DNA of 64,000 nucleotides from an uncultured Actinomycetes bacterium. Lineage in GTDB: Bacteria > Actinomycetota > Thermoleophilia > RBG-16-64-13. Below are positions 40,659 through 49,265 of the stretch, piece after piece. The notes beneath the pieces are model-generated. The model was given only the letters and a program-made list of their open reading frames with translations, did not search any database and had not been told where the DNA came from. Position 1 is the first letter of the stretch, and each line of letters begins with the position of its first letter. The translations under genes were made by a program, and so were the position numbers. The stretch lies in contig CAWFCN010000001.1 in the NCBI GenBank assembly GCA_963814415.1, positions 683,231-747,230 on the forward strand, given 5' to 3'.

Positions 40659-40742
40659 TTCAAAAACACCTCTGGAAAACGCCGCGCCTTTGACGTACAG
40701 AACTCTGTACGGAATTCCGTACAGAGAAAGCGCAGCGTTTTG
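40659..40742 (+). repeat. conserved palindromic intergenic element, copy C (between ilvN and ilvC)
   Basis: AAAACGCCGCGCCTTTgacGTACAGaactCTGTACGGAATTCCGTACAGagaAAGCGCAGCGTTTT. A near-perfect dyad with homologues at 44866 and 53357. Confidence 0.6.
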
Positions 40743-40774
40743 CACAGCTTCTCCGGATGGCCTATGCACAGTCG

Positions 40775-40830
40775 TCGCCCCGCCGGGTCTGCCGGGGCCG
40801 CCGTCGCCCCGCCGGGTCCGCCGTGCCCGA
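40775..40830 (+). repeat. direct repeat of 17 bp in the ilvN-ilvC intergenic region
   Basis: cgtcgccccgccgggtc occurs twice, 27 bp apart. Confidence 0.4.
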
Positions 40831-40848
40831 CGCGCGCATCGGGCGCGG

Positions 40849-41334
40849 CTAGGTCGCCCGCTTCCCGCGGCTCATCGCCAGGCGGCCGGTGCGCATGAGT
40901 TCCACCACGCCGAAGGGGCTCACCAGGTCGCTGAAGGCGCTCACCTTCTCGCGCGTGCCTGTCATCTCTATCACCAGCACGTCGGTGCCCACGTCGGCCA
41001 CCCTGGCTCCGAAGAGCTCCACCATCTGCATTATCTCGGGTCGGGTGCGCACGTCGGCCCTCACCTTGAGGAGCAGCAACTCGCGCTCCACGCTCTCCTC
41101 GGGGTCGAGCGTGGTGATCTTGAGCACGTTCACCAGCTTGTGCAGCTGCTTCGTGATCTGCTCCACCGAGCGGTCCTGCTCGCCCACGGTTATGGTCATG
41201 CGGGAGAGGCTCTCGTCCTCGGTCTCCGCGACCACCAGGCTATCGATGTTGAAGCCGCGGCGGGCGAAGAGCCCCGCCACGCGGACCAGGACGCCCGGCT
41301 TGTTCTCCACCAGAACGGACAGCGTATGTTTCAT
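40849..41334 (-). CDS. ilvN: acetolactate synthase small (regulatory) subunit
   Basis: ACT domain LSVLVENKPGVLVRVAGLFARRGFNI. ATG at 41334 with GAGGGGAG SD. Confidence 0.9.
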   Translation of the reverse strand: MKHTLSVLVENKPGVLVRVAGLFARRGFNIDSLVVAETEDESLSRMTITVGEQDRSVEQITKQLHKLVNVLKITTLDPEESVERELLLLKVRADVRTRPEIMQMVELFGARVADVGTDVLVIEMTGTREKVSAFSDLVSPFGVVELMRTGRLAMSRGKRAT

Positions 41335-41364
41335 GGCCGCCACTCCCCTCGGGCGTGCGCGCCC

Positions 41365-43058
41365 TCATGGCTCGCGCTCCATCATGTCGTGCACCGACCC
41401 GCCCGCGGGGATCATGGGGAACACGTTGGCCTCGCGGCTGCACCCGGATGTCTATGACTGCCGGGCGGTCGCTCGACAGACCCGCGCGCAGCACCTCTTC
41501 CAGCTCCTCCGGCTTCTCGGCCCGGTAGCCTTCGGCGCCGTAGGCCTCGGCCAGCTTGACGAAGTCGGGCTGGGCCTCCATGCAGGTGTGGCTGTAGTGC
41601 TTGTTCCAGAACAGCTCCTGCCACTGCCGCACCATGCCCAGGTACTGGTTGTTCAGGATGCAGACCTTGACCGGCAGATTGCACTGCACCGCTGTGGCCA
41701 GCTCTTGCAGGGTCATCTGGAACGAGCCGTCGCCGGCGATGTCGATGACCAGGTTGTCCGGGCAGGCCACCTGCGCGCCGATGGCGGCAGGAAAGCCGAA
41801 GCCCATGGTCCCCAGGCCACCGGAGGTTATGAAGCGCCGCGGCTTGGAGAGCTGGTAGTGCTGAGCGGCCCACATCTGGTTCTGGCCCACCTCCGTGCAG
41901 ACTATGGCGTCGCCCTTGGTGACCTCCCAGATCTTGCGCACCGCGGCCTCGGGCATGATGGTGCCGTCGTCGGAGTCGCGCACCACCAGGGGGTGCTTCT
42001 CTTTCCAGGTCTCCACCTGCTTCATCCACGGCAGATGCCGCTCGGGAGGCAGGTCGAGCTTCTTGAGTTCGGCCGTCAGGGCGGCGAGCACACGCTTGGA
42101 GTCGCCCACTATGGGCACCTGCACCGCGACGTTCTTGCTGATCTCGGCCGGGTCCACGTCTATGTGGATGAAAGACGGCCTCGGGAGCGAAGTCCTGCAG
42201 CCGCCCGGTGACCCGGTCGTCGAACCTGGCGCCCACCGCTATGAGCAGGTCGGCCTTGCTGACCGCGTAGTTGGCGTATTGCGTGCCGTGCATGCCCAGC
42301 ATGCCCATGGACAGATGATGGTCTTCGGGGAAGCAGCCCTTACCGGTGAGCGTGGTGGTCACTGGGATATTGCTGTACATGGCCATCTCGCGGAGCTCCT
42401 CGGAGGCGTTCGCGATGATGACCCCGCCTCCGGCATATATGACGGGGCGCTCGGCGGCGGCGATCACGCGCGCCGCCTCGATGATCTGTTTGGGGTGCCC
42501 CTTCAGGTTGGGCTTGTAGCCGGGCAGGCGCATCTCGGGCACCGCGGCGGCGTCGTAGTCCATATCCGCTTTGGTGATGTCCACCGGGATGTCTATGAGC
42601 ACCGGGCCGGGACGGCCCGTGCTCGCTATGTAGAAGGCCTCGCGGATGATGCGGGGCAGCGCCTGCTCGTCCTTGACCAAGTAGCTGTGCTTGACGATAG
42701 GCAGGGTGATACCGGTGATGTCGGCCTCTTGGAAGGAATCGAGACCGATGAGGTGCCGGCTGACCTGGCCCGTGATGGCCACCATGGGCACGCTGTCCAT
42801 ATAGGCGTTGGCTATGGGCGTCACCAGGTTGGTGGCCCCGGGTCCGGAGGTGGCCAAACACACCCCCACCTTGCCCGAAGCGCGGGCGTAGCCGTCGGCG
42901 GCATGCCCGGCGCCCTGCTCGTGGCGCACCAAGACATGGTTGATGTCGGATTGGTAGATGGCGTCGTACAGGGGGATCACCTGTCCCCCTGGGTAGCCGA
43001 ATATCGTGTCGACCCCCTCGCGCCCCAGCGCTTCGAGGATGACTTCAGAGCCTTTCAT
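41365..43058 (-). pseudogene. ilvB: acetolactate synthase large subunit, interrupted by two 1-nt indels (near 42170 and 41437)
   Basis: N-terminal TPP-enzyme domains are in one frame to FAPEAV. A frame switch at the aaa run 42170-42172 restores [15 protein letters not shown] second switch near 41437 restores the canonical C-terminus [21 protein letters not shown], ending in a TGA stop at 41365-41367, 28 nt before the ilvN ATG. Confidence 0.85.
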
Positions 43059-43077
43059 GTCTTTCCCTTCGCGGTTA

Positions 43078-44769
43078 TCAGGGGGCAGTGGGCGTGTCGC
43101 CCAATACCGCCCCAGTCTCAGCCCCGGACACGAAGGCTACGTAGCGGCGCAGCACGCCCGACAACTCACGTGTCGGTCTTTGCCACGCCGATCTCCTCCG
43201 CAACATCTCGTCGTCTGTGACTTTCAGGGTGAGACTCCGCTTGGGGATGTCGATGCTGATAAGGTCGCCGTTCTGCACGAAGGCGATGGGGCCGCCGTCG
43301 ACGGCCTCGGGGGCCACGTGGCCGATGCTGGCTCCGCGGCTGGCTCCACTGAAGCGGCCGTCGGTGATGAGGGCCACACTCTGGTCCAGACCCGCACCGG
43401 CCAGCGCCGAAGTCGGCGTGAGCATCTCGGGCATGCCGGGTCCGCCCTTGGGACCGACATAGCGGATGACCACCACCGAACCGGGCTTGATCTTGTCCTT
43501 CTCGATAGCGGCCATGATGCTGGCCTCGTCGTCGAAAACCACCGCGGGGCCTTCGTGCACGAGCATCTGAGGCAGCACGGCGGACTCCTTGACCACGGCT
43601 CCGTTAGGCGCCAGGTTGCCGAACAAGACCGCCAAGCCACCGGTGGCCAGATACGGACTCGCGAGCGGCTTGATGACGCTGTCGTCATTCACAGTAGCCG
43701 CCTGGTACTGCACGTCGATCCTGACGCCCGCCACGGTGGGCGCCGAGCCGTCGACCAGCTTGGCCTCGGCGAGACGCTTCATGACGGCCATGACGCCGCC
43801 GGCGCGCTGCAGGTCTTCCATGTGGTGATAGCCCGAGGGCGCCAGCTTGACCAGGTTGGGAGTGGCGTCGGCCACCTTGTTGAAGGTCTCGAGTTCGAGC
43901 TTGATGCCGGCCTCTTTGGCGATGGCCAAGAGATGCAGAACGGTATTGGTGGAGCAGCCCAGGGCCGCGTCCACGGCCAGGGCGTTCTTGATACTTGAGT
44001 CGGTGAGAAACCGCCTGATGTTCCAGCCCTTGCGGGCCACCTCCACCGCGGCCGCACCACTCTGCCGCGCCAAGATGAGGCGCGCCGAGTACGGCGCCGG
44101 GATAGTGGCGTCGCCGGGCAGCGACAGACCCAGAGATTCCATGACGCAGCCCATGGAGTTAGCGGTGAAGAGACCGGCGCACGACCCGCAGGTGGGGCAG
44201 ACGGAGTCTTCCAGCTCGGACAGGTCGTCCTCGGACATCTGGCCTTTGAAGTACTTGCCCAAGCCCTCGAAGATGTTGGAGAGGCTGACCTTGCTGCCCC
44301 GGTAGTCGCCGGCCAGCATGGGGCCGCCCGTGACCACCACGGTGGGCACATCCAGGCGCGCCGCGGCCATGATCATGCCGGGCAGGATCTTGTCGCAGTT
44401 GGTGACGAAGACCACGCCGTCCAGGGCGTGGGCCTTGACCATGATCTCCACGGAGTCGGCGATGACCTCGCGCGACACCAGGGAGTAGAACATGCCTTCG
44501 TGGTTCATGGCCAAACCGTCGCAGACGCCTATGACGTTGAACTCCAGCGGCAGACCACCCGCCTGGTAGACGCCGAACTTGACCTGTTCGGCGATGGTAT
44601 TGAGGTGCATGTGCCCCGGGATGAGCTCGTTGTAAGAGTTACAGATGCCTATGAGTGGCCGGCCCGCGTCACCGCGGCCAACGCCGAGCGCGCGCAGCAG
44701 AGAACGGTGCGGCGCGCGCGCCGGACCGGAGTAGACGGACTGACTGGTGCTCTTGGCGCTACTTTTCAC
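43078..44769 (-). CDS. ilvD: dihydroxy-acid dehydratase
   Basis: [10 protein letters not shown], CDKxxPG and Fe-S ligand CPTCGSC motifs. GTG start at 44769 with GGAGAG SD. Confidence 0.9.
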   Translation of the reverse strand: MKSSAKSTSQSVYSGPARAPHRSLLRALGVGRGDAGRPLIGICNSYNELIPGHMHLNTIAEQVKFGVYQAGGLPLEFNVIGVCDGLAMNHEGMFYSLVSREVIADSVEIMVKAHALDGVVFVTNCDKILPGMIMAAARLDVPTVVVTGGPMLAGDYRGSKVSLSNIFEGLGKYFKGQMSEDDLSELEDSVCPTCGSCAGLFTANSMGCVMESLGLSLPGDATIPAPYSARLILARQSGAAAVEVARKGWNIRRFLTDSSIKNALAVDAALGCSTNTVLHLLAIAKEAGIKLELETFNKVADATPNLVKLAPSGYHHMEDLQRAGGVMAVMKRLAEAKLVDGSAPTVAGVRIDVQYQAATVNDDSVIKPLASPYLATGGLAVLFGNLAPNGAVVKESAVLPQMLVHEGPAVVFDDEASIMAAIEKDKIKPGSVVVIRYVGPKGGPGMPEMLTPTSALAGAGLDQSVALITDGRFSGASRGASIGHVAPEAVDGGPIAFVQNGDLISIDIPKRSLTLKVTDDEMLRRRSAWQRPTRELSGVLRRYVAFVSGAETGAVLGDTPTAP

Positions 44770-44865
44770 AGACGTGCTCTCCAGAGGTGGGGCCGAACGG
44801 CCTTCCAACAGGGCATTCTAGTTTACCCGACATTGGGTGGCTGGGTACATGGTGCATAGGTCTTT

Positions 44866-44958
44866 TTGAACGCATACGCAAACCACTGCGCCTTTTCCGT
44901 ACGGCCCGCTGTACGGTCCGCTGTACGTTGCTCTGTACGTCCAAGGCGCGGCGTTCTG
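44866..44958 (+). repeat. conserved intergenic element, copy A (ilvD/aminotransferase divergent region), with four CTGTACG direct repeats
   Basis: ACTGCGCCTTTTCCGTACGGcccgCTGTACGGtccgCTGTACGttgctCTGTACGtccAAGGCGCGGCGTT. The flanks are inverted repeats of each other. Confidence 0.6.
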
Positions 44959-45035
44959 CATATTTCCCGGAAAGCGCATGTGCACAACGGGCGGCGGGCG
45001 CAGCGCGGCTTCGGAGGTCATGGTAACCTCGCTCC

Positions 45036-46340
45036 ATGACCAACGAAGACCTCACAGCACTTCGCACCGCGAACCTCCCGCGTGGCGTCTCGGCCTCGGC
45101 CCCTGTCTACGTCGCCAAGGCGAAGAATGCCATCGTCACCGACGTGGAGGGCCGCGAATACATAGACTTCGCCGCCGGCATCGGCGTCATGAGCGTGGGC
45201 CACTGCCATCCCAAGGTGGTGGAGGCCATCAAGACGCAGGCCGACCAGTTCTCTCATACCTGCTTCGGCCTGACCGGCTACGAGCCCTATCTGCGGCTGG
45301 CTGAGAAGCTCAACCAGCATGCGCCGGGCGACTCGCCCAAGCGCACCTTCTTCATCAACTCCGGAGCCGAGGCCATCGAGAACGCCATAAAGATCGCGCG
45401 GTACGCCACGCAGCGTCCGGCGGTCATAGCCTTCGAGGATGGGTTCCACGGCCGCACGCTCCTGACCCTCAGCCTCACCTCACAGGTGAATCCCTACAAG
45501 ACGGGCTTCGGGCCCTACGCGCCCGAGGTCTACCGCATCCCCTACGCCTACTGCTACCGGTGCCCCTTGGCCCTCACCTATCCGGCCTGCGGATGCGAGT
45601 GCGCCGAGCTGCTGCGCAAGGCCTTTGACAAGTACGTCAGCGCCGAAGAGGTGGCCGCGCTGGTGGTGGAACCGGTGCTGGGCGAGGGCGGTTTTGTGGT
45701 CCCGCCGCCGGAGTACATGAGCAAGATCGACAAGATCTGCGAGGAGCACAACATCCTGCTCATCGCCGACGAGATCCAGACCGGCATGGGCCGTACCGGC
45801 AAGTGGTTCGCCATGGAACACTGGGGAGTCGAGCCCGACATCCTGGTTACAGCCAAGGCTCTGGGCGGAGGCTTTCCCCTCTCCGGCGTCACGGGCAGGC
45901 AGGAGATCATGGATGCCGTCCATCCGGGCGGGGTCGGCACCACCTTCGGCGGCAATGCGACGGCCTGCGCAGCGGGTCTGGCCGTGTTCGACATCATCGA
46001 GAGCGAAGGCCTTTTGAAGCGGGCCGCGGTGATCGGCGAGCAGATCCGTTCGCGGTTCAGGGCTCTGCAACGGGACTATCCCGTCATAGGTGACGTGCGT
46101 GGGCTCGGCGCCATGGCCGCGGTGGAGTTGGTCGAGGACCGCGAAACCAAGAAGCCCGCCGGCGACTTCGCGAACGCCTTCCGCGCCAACCTCTACCAGA
46201 ACGGCGTGATAAACATCGGCGCGGGCACCTTCCACAACGTGGTGCGCATCCTGGTGCCGCTCACCATCGAGGACGAGGTCCTGATGCGCGGCCTGGACAT
46301 CTTCGAGGCGACCCTGGCTCAGACCGCCGGCCGCGCCTAG
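45036..46340 (+). CDS. class III aminotransferase (4-aminobutyrate aminotransferase-like)
   Basis: PLP fold with ADEIQTGMGRTGKWFA and TAKALGGG (Schiff-base Lys) motifs. Confidence 0.85.
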   Translation: MTNEDLTALRTANLPRGVSASAPVYVAKAKNAIVTDVEGREYIDFAAGIGVMSVGHCHPKVVEAIKTQADQFSHTCFGLTGYEPYLRLAEKLNQHAPGDSPKRTFFINSGAEAIENAIKIARYATQRPAVIAFEDGFHGRTLLTLSLTSQVNPYKTGFGPYAPEVYRIPYAYCYRCPLALTYPACGCECAELLRKAFDKYVSAEEVAALVVEPVLGEGGFVVPPPEYMSKIDKICEEHNILLIADEIQTGMGRTGKWFAMEHWGVEPDILVTAKALGGGFPLSGVTGRQEIMDAVHPGGVGTTFGGNATACAAGLAVFDIIESEGLLKRAAVIGEQIRSRFRALQRDYPVIGDVRGLGAMAAVELVEDRETKKPAGDFANAFRANLYQNGVINIGAGTFHNVVRILVPLTIEDEVLMRGLDIFEATLAQTAGRA

Positions 46341-46405
46341 AGGCCGCGCCGCCCCGGGCCTAGAGGCCGCGCAAGGACCGGCCGGGCCACGCCTTGCGGC
46401 CGCGC
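46341..46405. terminator. repeat-rich GC hairpin region between convergent genes
   Basis: cctagaggccgcgc direct repeat x2 plus the inverted copy gcggccgcgcctagag forming a stem. Confidence 0.4.
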
Positions 46406-47770
46406 CTAGAGCCCCAGGTCTCTGGCCGGGTTGAGGGGCACGGTGCCCTCGTCGGGCCGGTAGAGCAGGTTCTTTAAGTCATCCCAGACCTGGTTCATGC
46501 GCGCCTGGTCGGCGGGGGTGATGGCGGTGTCGGTCTGCGGGGTCAAGCCCGGGAGCACCGGCAGGATGCGGTAGGTGATGTCCTCTTCGCCGGACTTCTG
46601 CACGTAGACAGGTAGGTAGCGCACGCTGGCCACCCGGGTCTTGTCCCCCTGCTTCTGGATGCGCAGGTAGACGATCACGCCACTGTCGGAGTAGCGCCAG
46701 CGCTGGCCCGACAGCAGGTTCCCCAGGGAGTAGGCCACGTAGGTGTCGACGCCTTCGGAGTACTGCAGAACCTTGTTTATGGGCTGCACCACGTGCGGAT
46801 GCGAGCCCAGGATCACGTCCACCCCCCGGGAGAGCAGTCCTTTTACGTCGGCAGCCCCCTGCGAGATCTCAATCTGCTCGCTGGTGGGGGTCCGGCGGTA
46901 CTCCATGCCGTAGTGCAGCATGGCCACCACCAGGTCGGCGCCTTGGGCCCGAGCGGCTGCTGCCTCCTCTGCGACCTTGTCCGCGTTCAGGATGTTGATG
47001 GCGTAGGCCTCGTGGCCCTTGACGGATCCACTGCTATTCAAGAACGCCGTGTAACTGAGAAAGGCCACCTTGATGCCCTGGATGTTGGCGATGAAGGGGG
47101 TGTCCTTCTCCTTCTGCGAACGGTAGGTGCCTACGTGGGCTATGTCGGCGCGGTCCAGGCGGTCCAGGGTGCGGGTTATGCCCAGCCAGCCGAAGTCCGC
47201 GGCATGGTTGCCGGCGGTGGCGACCAGATCCACTCCGCACAGATCGAGCGCGTCGGTGAGCGAATAGGGCGCGTTGAACTTCATGGGGTCGCTGCTGCCC
47301 GGACTGCCCCCGGCCATGGGGGACTCCAGATGCACGACCGCGTAGTCGGCCGCCGAGAGATACGGGGCCACAGGCGCGAACGTCTTCCTGAAGTCGTAGA
47401 CATCTCGGGGCCGGTCGTAGGCCGACTGAAGGACGCTCGGATGGATGATTATCTCGCCCCCGGCGGCGATGGTTATGTCCACCGTCGGCTCGGTGGTGGT
47501 CGTGGTCCCCGATGAAACGACAGTGGTCGTGGTGTCTGACTCTACCGGCAGTGACACCACGGGCGGGACGGTGATCACCGTCTCGGGCTTCACAGCAGTG
47601 ACGATGGTGTCTTCGTCAGAGGGCCAGAAGAACAAGGGCAGGCACATCACTAACAGGGCCAGCGCCAGACCGCTCAGCTTGAGGGCGGTGCTTGTGGGCA
47701 TCCTGCGCAGAAAACGCCAAGCACGGTCGAAGAGCTTCTTGACCACCCGCCTAGTCCTCAGTCGAGCCAA
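46406..47770 (-). CDS. CapA family protein (poly-gamma-glutamate synthesis-type metallophosphatase)
   Basis: N-terminal TM anchor, Thr-rich linker, CapA/PGA_cap domain (VATAGNHAADFG, ILGSHPHVVQP). Confidence 0.8.
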   Translation of the reverse strand: MARLRTRRVVKKLFDRAWRFLRRMPTSTALKLSGLALALLVMCLPLFFWPSDEDTIVTAVKPETVITVPPVVSLPVESDTTTTVVSSGTTTTTEPTVDITIAAGGEIIIHPSVLQSAYDRPRDVYDFRKTFAPVAPYLSAADYAVVHLESPMAGGSPGSSDPMKFNAPYSLTDALDLCGVDLVATAGNHAADFGWLGITRTLDRLDRADIAHVGTYRSQKEKDTPFIANIQGIKVAFLSYTAFLNSSGSVKGHEAYAINILNADKVAEEAAAARAQGADLVVAMLHYGMEYRRTPTSEQIEISQGAADVKGLLSRGVDVILGSHPHVVQPINKVLQYSEGVDTYVAYSLGNLLSGQRWRYSDSGVIVYLRIQKQGDKTRVASVRYLPVYVQKSGEEDITYRILPVLPGLTPQTDTAITPADQARMNQVWDDLKNLLYRPDEGTVPLNPARDLGL

Positions 47771-49055
47771 GCTCGGTCGGGTCCAGGGGCACGATATTCG
47801 TGTCCGCCTTGTAGAAGAGCTCCGTGAGGTCGCCCCACACCAAGTCCATCCTCTTCTGATCGGCCGGTGTGACCACTATACCCTCACCAGGGTCGACCCC
47901 GGGGAGTATGGGCAGGAGGCTCACTTTCCGAGGGTACGGACCAGAAAGCTGCACAAAGGCCCCCATGTAGCTGAGTCCCGTCACTTCGACCTGGGTCCCC
48001 TGCTTGCGGATATGCACGTAGACGATGGCCCCCCCATTGTTGTACCGTCCTTCCATCCCCGAGAGGAAGTTGCCCATGGAATAGACCACGTAGGCGTTCT
48101 TGGTTCCTGAGGCGGACTCTTGAGGGACGCACACCGCCGGCTGGATGGCATGCGGGTGAGAGCCGAGTATCACGTCCACTCCCTGCGCGAGAAGTCCAGG
48201 CTCGGTGTCCGAACCCAGCGTGTAGGTCGACTGCTTCTCGTTCGGCTCTCTGGTGTACTCCCTCCCCCAGTGGAGGATGGCGATCACCACCTCCGCACCC
48301 CCCTGACGAGCCAAGATAGCCTCCTCAGCCACTTGACTTGCCTCCTTCAGGAAGTTGACCGCATACTCCTTGTGGTCCTTCGGCGGGGTGAACTCGTTGA
48401 GATAGTCGGTGTAGTTGATGAACGCCACCTTGATGCCCTTGATGTCCACTATGAGAGGGCTGGTGGACTTCTTCTCTTCCATGTTCCGCGCCGTACCCAC
48501 GTGGGCGAGACCGGCTTCGTCCAGGCGGGCCAAGGTTTTCACCACGCCATCCCAGCGCTTGTCGAGGGTATGGTTGTTGGCCGTCGCTACCAGGTCCACG
48601 CCTGCCCACGCCAGCGCATCGGCTATCTCGCCCGGGGAGTTGAACCTCGGGTAGCTGGTGTAGGGATGTCCGGCGCCCGCGAGACGAGTCTCCAAGTTGA
48701 CCAGGGTGTAGTCGGCCATGCGGAGATAGGGCGCGATGGGAGCGAAGGTCGGTCGGAAGTCGTAGCCCCCCTCGGTGCCGGCGGCCTTGGCGGCCCGCAT
48801 CAGCGACCCGTGCACCATGATGTCACCCGTCGCGGCTATGGTTATCTCCACAGCAGCTTCGGCCTCAGTGGTGGGCGGCTGGGCGGCGGAGACGGCAGTG
48901 GTCGACGTTCCGGGTATGGACCCTTCTGTTTGCGAGCCTTGGTCGCCAGAAGAGCGACCGTCATCTGCCGTACAACCCGCCTGAAGCCCGGCGGCGCAGC
49001 ACAAGACGAATGTCGCCGCTACCGCCACCCCTAAGAGGACAGCCTTGCGCATCAA
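47751..49055 (-). CDS. CapA family lipoprotein (tandem paralog)
   Basis: Lipobox LQAGCT. Same CapA motifs (VATANNHTLD, ILGSHPHAIQP). Confidence 0.8.
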   Translation of the reverse strand: MMRKAVLLGVAVAATFVLCCAAGLQAGCTADDGRSSGDQGSQTEGSIPGTSTTAVSAAQPPTTEAEAAVEITIAATGDIMVHGSLMRAAKAAGTEGGYDFRPTFAPIAPYLRMADYTLVNLETRLAGAGHPYTSYPRFNSPGEIADALAWAGVDLVATANNHTLDKRWDGVVKTLARLDEAGLAHVGTARNMEEKKSTSPLIVDIKGIKVAFINYTDYLNEFTPPKDHKEYAVNFLKEASQVAEEAILARQGGAEVVIAILHWGREYTREPNEKQSTYTLGSDTEPGLLAQGVDVILGSHPHAIQPAVCVPQESASGTKNAYVVYSMGNFLSGMEGRYNNGGAIVYVHIRKQGTQVEVTGLSYMGAFVQLSGPYPRKVSLLPILPGVDPGEGIVVTPADQKRMDLVWGDLTELFYKADTNIVPLDPTELGSTED

Positions 49056-49265
49056 CGCCTCCCACTCCAGACAGTCAGTAGCGCTCCCCTAGCGTTCAGC
49101 CCACTCTGGTAGGCATTTTAGACCACAGTCGGTGTATCATGGGCACATCGCTTTTTCCTCGCGCTCGCCCAGCGACGCGCGGTTAGCTCCCACCGATCCA
49201 CATGTTCGTTTTGACTGTTTAGTGTTCACTATTGGCTGGTTCTCGCGGAAGGACGTGAATGACCG

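Noticed and set aside
41412-42160. C-terminal 250 aa of the ORF 41412..43058, and the tail of ORF 41240..42157 below 41437
   Set aside because: Out-of-frame read-through after the ilvB frameshifts. The authentic ALS sequence continues in the other frames.
49211-49240. TTGACT -35-like hexamer upstream of the acetyl-CoA synthetase gene
   Set aside because: No acceptable -10 hexamer at 16-18 nt spacing, so a promoter call is not supportable.
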